Positions 59,758-64,000 of a DNA stretch of 64,000 nucleotides are shown one piece after another (within the stretch, counting starts at the first letter, position 1; the number at the start of each line of letters is the position of its first letter). The stretch is from a virus: positions 77,497 through 141,496 of the IMG/VR virus record IMGVR_UViG_3300023110_001943; one strand, written 5' to 3'. The position numbers and the translations under genes were made by a program. The notes below the pieces were generated by a model. It was not told the origin of the DNA. It was given only the letters and a program-made list of their open reading frames with translations, and ran no database searches.

Positions 59758-60523
59758 AGAAATCTTAGATGAAATTCTTGATGAAGTAGAACAAGAATTA
59801 GAAGAGGCTACCACAACAGGTAATGTTGCTGGGTATAATACTCCTTTTGCTTTTGGTAATAATCGTAAAAAAGATAAGAAGAAAGAAAAAGAAACTGCTA
59901 CTCAAGCAGGATATACTCTTGCAGAAGGATTGATATCTCCAAAATCAGGACATAAATACTTTCAACTTACTAAAGATGCACCTGTACAATATATTGCAGG
60001 ACATTCTGGTTTAGGACTTACAACTCCTGGAGTTTTATTGAAAAACATACCTGGATTTATTGATGGTAAAAAGGGTGCGTATTTAATTGATTATCATGGA
60101 GCACTTTTTTATGTAGATTTAAAAAAGAAAGTTGCTGTTCGATTAGGATATGATTTAAGTAAACAACCTAAGTTAAGGTATAAAACTAATTTTATAGAAG
60201 TTCCTCAGGCACCAGAATTTTCAGATTGGAAAAAATATTTAAAAGAATCAGTAAACGAAGCTAAAATAAAAAGACCAGTAAATCGTTGGTTAGAATTAAA
60301 AAACGATGAAACCATGCATCCTCATAAGAAGATGGCAATGGGTTTAAAAGAATTAAAGTATCAATTAAAAGAAGTAGAAAAGTTTTTCAATTGGTATAAT
60401 AAAATTAAAACGATGAACGAGTTAGATTCTCAGAACTATTGGAAAAGAACAAATAATCATATTTATACTATAAAAGAGAAACTAATCAAAATCGCTAAAA
60501 CGATACAGGAGATTGAGAAATGA
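59735..60523 (+). CDS. Probable internal head protein with xxE-delimited modules
   Basis: 'LKEILDE..LEE|ATTTGNVAGYNTPFAF', 'LAE|', 'ESVNE|'; TAAGGAG RBS. Confidence 0.6.
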   Translation: MSMEKTLKEILDEILDEVEQELEEATTTGNVAGYNTPFAFGNNRKKDKKKEKETATQAGYTLAEGLISPKSGHKYFQLTKDAPVQYIAGHSGLGLTTPGVLLKNIPGFIDGKKGAYLIDYHGALFYVDLKKKVAVRLGYDLSKQPKLRYKTNFIEVPQAPEFSDWKKYLKESVNEAKIKRPVNRWLELKNDETMHPHKKMAMGLKELKYQLKEVEKFFNWYNKIKTMNELDSQNYWKRTNNHIYTIKEKLIKIAKTIQEIEK

Positions 60524-61105
60524 AAATTACTAAAGAACAACTTAAAAATATTGTAAGAGAAACTTTACAAGAAGAATCAGAGTATCAAACTTTCTTTAAA
60601 AAGGCATTAGAAAAGGCTGGAAAATCTATTCCTTCTATGTCTGATGAAGAAAAGAAGGCATTCTTTAACAAGATTGAAAAAACTTGGCAAGGTAGAGGAC
60701 AGAAATCTGAAGGTAATGCATTTGGAGCTGCTGTAGCAAAAGCGAAAAAAGATGGTGATGATTCTTTTGAAGTAGATGGTAAAGAATATAAAACAGAAAG
60801 ATTTGGTAGAGGACATGAAGGACCAACATTTGGTTCTGAAGAAGAATCAGTAAACGAAGCAAGAACTGTATCTAAACCAATCAAAGTAGATAATGATACT
60901 ATGGTTCAAATTGTTGGAGATAATAAGGGATTCAGAGAACTAACTGCAGCCTTAAATCCTAAAACAGGTAAACCAATCCAAAAGTTTGGTTTTGATAGAG
61001 GTAATGAAACTGCTAAAAGTAAAGAAGAACTTATTAAAAAATTACAAAAAAAATACGGTAAATCAATCAAGTTTGAATCAGTAAACGAAGAATCAATAAA
61101 CGAAG
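60243..61105 (+). repeat. Dispersed repeat GAATCAGTAAACGAAG encoding ESVNE (60245, 60844, 61075; variant at 61090)
   Basis: AAGAATCAGTAAACGAAGC is identical at 60243-60261 and 60842-60860, in two different genes. Confidence 0.85.
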
Positions 61106-61254
61106 GGCCTTCTACTGAAGAAAAAAGAATAGCATTGTTGGCTGTAAGAAAACAAGCTAAATACAGAAATGTAGATTTAGCAACAGCAATACAAGACCAA
61201 ATTAGAGCACTCGAAGATTTAATGAGAGATGCAAAAAAAGGTAAATTAAAATAA
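60520..61254 (+). CDS. Probable internal head protein with xxE-delimited modules
   Basis: 'MKITKEQLKNIVRETLQEE' leader; modules separated by KSE, SVNE and ESVNEESINE. Confidence 0.6.
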   Translation: MKITKEQLKNIVRETLQEESEYQTFFKKALEKAGKSIPSMSDEEKKAFFNKIEKTWQGRGQKSEGNAFGAAVAKAKKDGDDSFEVDGKEYKTERFGRGHEGPTFGSEEESVNEARTVSKPIKVDNDTMVQIVGDNKGFRELTAALNPKTGKPIQKFGFDRGNETAKSKEELIKKLQKKYGKSIKFESVNEESINEGPSTEEKRIALLAVRKQAKYRNVDLATAIQDQIRALEDLMRDAKKGKLK

Positions 61255-61255
61255 A

Positions 61256-61432
61256 ATGACTAAGAAAGAGTTGTATGATATTATCAATGAGGAAATCGTT
61301 AATTTTAAAAAAGGAACAATCAACGAAGAACTCAATGAATCTGATAAGGATTTAATCCGAAAAATTATCAGACAAGAGGTATCAGCAATCTTTTTTGATT
61401 TGTTTAAGAAAAGAAAAACTTGGGGAGCGTAA
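61256..61432 (+). CDS. Small head-region protein (58 aa, not in ORF track)
   Basis: MTKKELYDIINEEIVNFKKGTINEELNESDKDLIRKIIRQEVSAIFFDLFKKRKTWGA; TAATG overlap with the protease start. Confidence 0.7.
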   Translation: MTKKELYDIINEEIVNFKKGTINEELNESDKDLIRKIIRQEVSAIFFDLFKKRKTWGA

Positions 61433-62025
61433 TGAGTAAACTATTAATAGAAACCAGATTATTCGAAGGTAGAGTAAACGAAGATGATAGTGGAAGAACT
61501 ATCGTTAAGGGTATTTTACAAAGAGCTGGTGCGGAAAATCAAAACGGAAGAATCTACCCAAAAGAGATTCTGATGAGAGAAGCAAAAAAATACGAAACAC
61601 TTATTAAAGAAAGAAGAGCATTGGGTGAATTAGACCATCCTGATTCTTCTGTAATCAACCTAAAGAATGTATCTCACAATGTAAGAGAGATTCATTGGGA
61701 TGGTGAAGATTTAGTTGGTACAGTAGAGATATTACCTACACCAAGTGGAAACATCTTAAAAGAATTATTAAAAGCAGGAATCCTTCTTGGTATATCATCT
61801 CGTGGTATGGGTTCGGTAGAACCTTTATCGGGTGGTAAAGTACAAGTAGGAGAAGATTTTGAATTGATTGGTTGGGATTTTGTATCCAATCCATCTACAC
61901 ATGGTGCATTTATGGTGCCAATGAATGAATCTGTGAATAAACAACTTCAAAAACAAACAGTAGTTTGTAACGAATGGTGTAAGGCACAAGATATGATGAG
62001 AGAAATTATAACAGAATTAAGTTAA
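61432..62025 (+). CDS. Prohead core protease (T4 gp21-like)
   Basis: 'NQNGRIYP', 'ALGELDHP', 'GISSRGMGS', 'WDFVSNPSTHGA'. Start moved to ATG 61432. Confidence 0.93.
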   Translation: MSKLLIETRLFEGRVNEDDSGRTIVKGILQRAGAENQNGRIYPKEILMREAKKYETLIKERRALGELDHPDSSVINLKNVSHNVREIHWDGEDLVGTVEILPTPSGNILKELLKAGILLGISSRGMGSVEPLSGGKVQVGEDFELIGWDFVSNPSTHGAFMVPMNESVNKQLQKQTVVCNEWCKAQDMMREIITELS

Positions 62026-62029
62026 AATT

Positions 62030-62212
62030 ATGGCATTTAATGTACAGGACTTTATGTCCAAAAATAAATTTAAGTTGGGTAAAGTTACCAGAGAAGTAGG
62101 AGAAACTCCATTCAAAGGTGGACACAACGATATAAGAAAAACTAATTATGAAGTTAAGTTAACCGAAGATGGTAAACTTGATTTATATACACATAAAACG
62201 GAGACAAAGTAA
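62030..62212 (+). CDS. Small hypothetical protein
   Basis: 60 aa ORF filling the gap. Confidence 0.55.
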   Translation: MAFNVQDFMSKNKFKLGKVTREVGETPFKGGHNDIRKTNYEVKLTEDGKLDLYTHKTETK

Positions 62213-62213
62213 G

Positions 62214-63641
62214 ATGATTAAATTAGGTGGTCTTGTTGATTTAAAACCGATTACTGAAGCAGATGTATTCACTGCTACAAGTAAAGAAACTGGTACAACT
62301 TCTGTATTCAAATCTAAAGCTGCGAGAGATGCTGCAATAAAAGCAGGAACTCATGAAAAAAGAAAAGATGATAAAGATGGTGGAGTCAAAGACCCATCTA
62401 AAAAAGATACACCTAAAGTAAACATCTTCAACAAAGATAAAGAAGAACCTAAATCTGAACCAAATTCAGAACCTTCTAAATCATATCTACCATACTCTGA
62501 TGATGCATACAATGAGATAGAAGAAATAAGTTCAGCTGATGCACTATTAGATTATGCAGAATCAAAAGAAGGTTTATCGGATGAACAAAGAAAAAAATTA
62601 AAAGATTTAGCCGCAGATTGGGAAGATGCAGAAGGTGAAATGATGATGGGTGGAGATGATGATGAATATGAAGAAGCAACATCAGAAATTACAGCTAAAG
62701 CTATGGAAGTAGTACTTGGTCCGTATGATACTTGGCCAGAACCAAAACAAGATGAACCAAAATCAGAACCATCTCAACCAAAATTAGAATCAGACCCTCA
62801 AGCTGAAAAAGTTGCTGATAAGATTTCCAAAAAATATGGCATCACTCCTCAAAAAATGGGTGAAGAAGATTATAAGGTTGCAATGGGTAGAGCTGTTTAT
62901 TCGGCATTAACTAATTCTAACTTCCATACTGAAGCAAGAGAGTTAATTGCAGTTTTAGAAGATAAACCAGAACTTGCAAAAAGACCAGAGTATCCTTCAA
63001 TATCAGACCCAGATTTCGACAAGAAAATGGGTGATATTAGAAAAAAATATGCTTCTACATATAGTGAAAGAGATGATTATTCATCGGCATTGGGTAGAGA
63101 AACTTCAGATGCAGCTGAATGGGATGGAGTTAAATCAGTAGGAACTCTAACTAAACAACTACGAGATAATGGTATGAGTGATTTTGCTGATAAAATCGAA
63201 TCTATCTTTGATAAGAAAGAATATATGAAGAAAGAAGGTAGAATTAGTATTTCAAATCTTGTTAAAGAAAATATAATCAACGAAGGAACTCGTTCACAAG
63301 TTGGTATCATTGATAGAAGTGGTAAGATTGCATCAGCATATGTTCACTACGATGGTTATCCATCAAATATGAAACCAGGCCTTAAAAAACACATGAAGAA
63401 TGAAAAAGATGTTCTTAAGTTAATTAAGAGTGGTGGTGCAAGAGGAATCTATAATGATAAAGATATTGAATATTACAAAAGTGGAAAACCAACTAAAGGT
63501 AATCTAAAAGATTTTGGTAAATATGTAGATGCTGCTGATAGAAACGGTATGGCAGAATATGTATATTTATACAATATGAAAGATAAGAAGTGGTACTTCG
63601 CTGATGTTTATGGTGATAAAAAATTAAAAAAATTATTTTAA
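62214..63641 (+). CDS. Probable head-cargo polyprotein with C-terminal 'TRS..YxHxDGYP' domain
   Basis: Leader 'MIKLGGLVDLKPITE'; acidic/Pro linkers; 'IINE|GTRSQVGI..YVHYDGYP..EYVYLY'. Start set at ATG 62214 after GGAG. Confidence 0.65.
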   Translation: MIKLGGLVDLKPITEADVFTATSKETGTTSVFKSKAARDAAIKAGTHEKRKDDKDGGVKDPSKKDTPKVNIFNKDKEEPKSEPNSEPSKSYLPYSDDAYNEIEEISSADALLDYAESKEGLSDEQRKKLKDLAADWEDAEGEMMMGGDDDEYEEATSEITAKAMEVVLGPYDTWPEPKQDEPKSEPSQPKLESDPQAEKVADKISKKYGITPQKMGEEDYKVAMGRAVYSALTNSNFHTEARELIAVLEDKPELAKRPEYPSISDPDFDKKMGDIRKKYASTYSERDDYSSALGRETSDAAEWDGVKSVGTLTKQLRDNGMSDFADKIESIFDKKEYMKKEGRISISNLVKENIINEGTRSQVGIIDRSGKIASAYVHYDGYPSNMKPGLKKHMKNEKDVLKLIKSGGARGIYNDKDIEYYKSGKPTKGNLKDFGKYVDAADRNGMAEYVYLYNMKDKKWYFADVYGDKKLKKLF

Positions 63642-63651
63642 GGAGAGAACA

Positions 63652-64000
63652 ATGAAACTAACCCAACTAATGAAAGAAAATGAAGAAAGACCTCTATCAA
63701 CAGAGGTTAAAAAACATTTTCTTGAAATTGTTTCTACTTACAACAAGTATCAAGAATCAATGGATAGGAAATCAGATATTACTCAAGTAGCAGAAACACT
63801 TGGTGGAATTACTGAGGCTGCTAGAACACTTGCTATTAGAGAAGCAGGAGATTGGTTCGATAAACATACTGTTAAGAGAAACATGAGTGAATTGGATAAG
63901 TTGGGTAAACAATTCGATAAAGTTGCTCTTGAAGCTCGTGCACTTGACCAAAGAATGGCAGGATTATACGAAGATATGGGACACATCCTTTCAAGATACT
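63652..64000 (+). CDS. Head-region helical protein, 3'-truncated (not in ORF track)
   Basis: TAAGGAG RBS; MKLTQLMKENEERPLS... stays open to the window end. Confidence 0.7.
   Translation, partial: MKLTQLMKENEERPLSTEVKKHFLEIVSTYNKYQESMDRKSDITQVAETLGGITEAARTLAIREAGDWFDKHTVKRNMSELDKLGKQFDKVALEARALDQRMAGLYEDMGHILSRY

Noticed and set aside
60243-61105. CRISPR-like array
   Set aside because: Repeats are short, irregularly spaced and in frame within coding sequence.
347-63986. Many 60-150 aa minus-strand and off-frame ORFs in the track
   Set aside because: They lie within long, motif-bearing + strand genes and have no recognisable motifs; they are shadow ORFs.
1-64000. Stop-codon reassignment, tRNA genes, DGR or retron elements
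   Set aside because: Genes are full length in code 11 and end in TAA, TAG or TGA; no cloverleaf, reverse transcriptase or TR/VR pair was seen.

Overview
This 64 kb, AT-rich window comes from a large T4-like (myovirus-type) phage. It uses the standard genetic code, is almost entirely + strand, and shows no tRNA, rRNA, CRISPR array or integrase. Layout: baseplate/tail module (1-14.5 kb); a small island with sulfotransferase, GIY-YIG nuclease, SGNH protein, primase and a fused Mre11/Rad50 (gp47-gp46) gene (14.7-20.6 kb); a short minus-strand ribbon-helix-helix gene missed by the ORF track; a 2221-aa tail fibre containing a Hint domain, plus two chaperone-like genes; a ~20 kb glycan synthesis/modification cluster (28-48 kb); a 1754-aa multidomain protein; then terminase, portal, prohead protease and a run of probable head-cargo proteins. 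A TTTG-N20-TATATTTG promoter before the primase points to a Bacteroidota host, and ATATTTATAT recurs before late genes. Two candidate undescribed systems stand out. (1) Head-packaged polyproteins whose domains (HxGH nucleotidyltransferase, TraB/ChaN-like, HD, RNA-ligase-like and others) are joined by (L/I/V)xE linkers matching prohead-protease specificity. (2) A virion glycosylation system: three GT7 enzymes with a LamG-like domain inserted in the catalytic fold, a TPP-dependent branched-sugar pathway and a sulfotransferase, alongside tail proteins selectively rich in [S/T]GS. All family assignments come from motifs read by eye and need HMM or structure confirmation.
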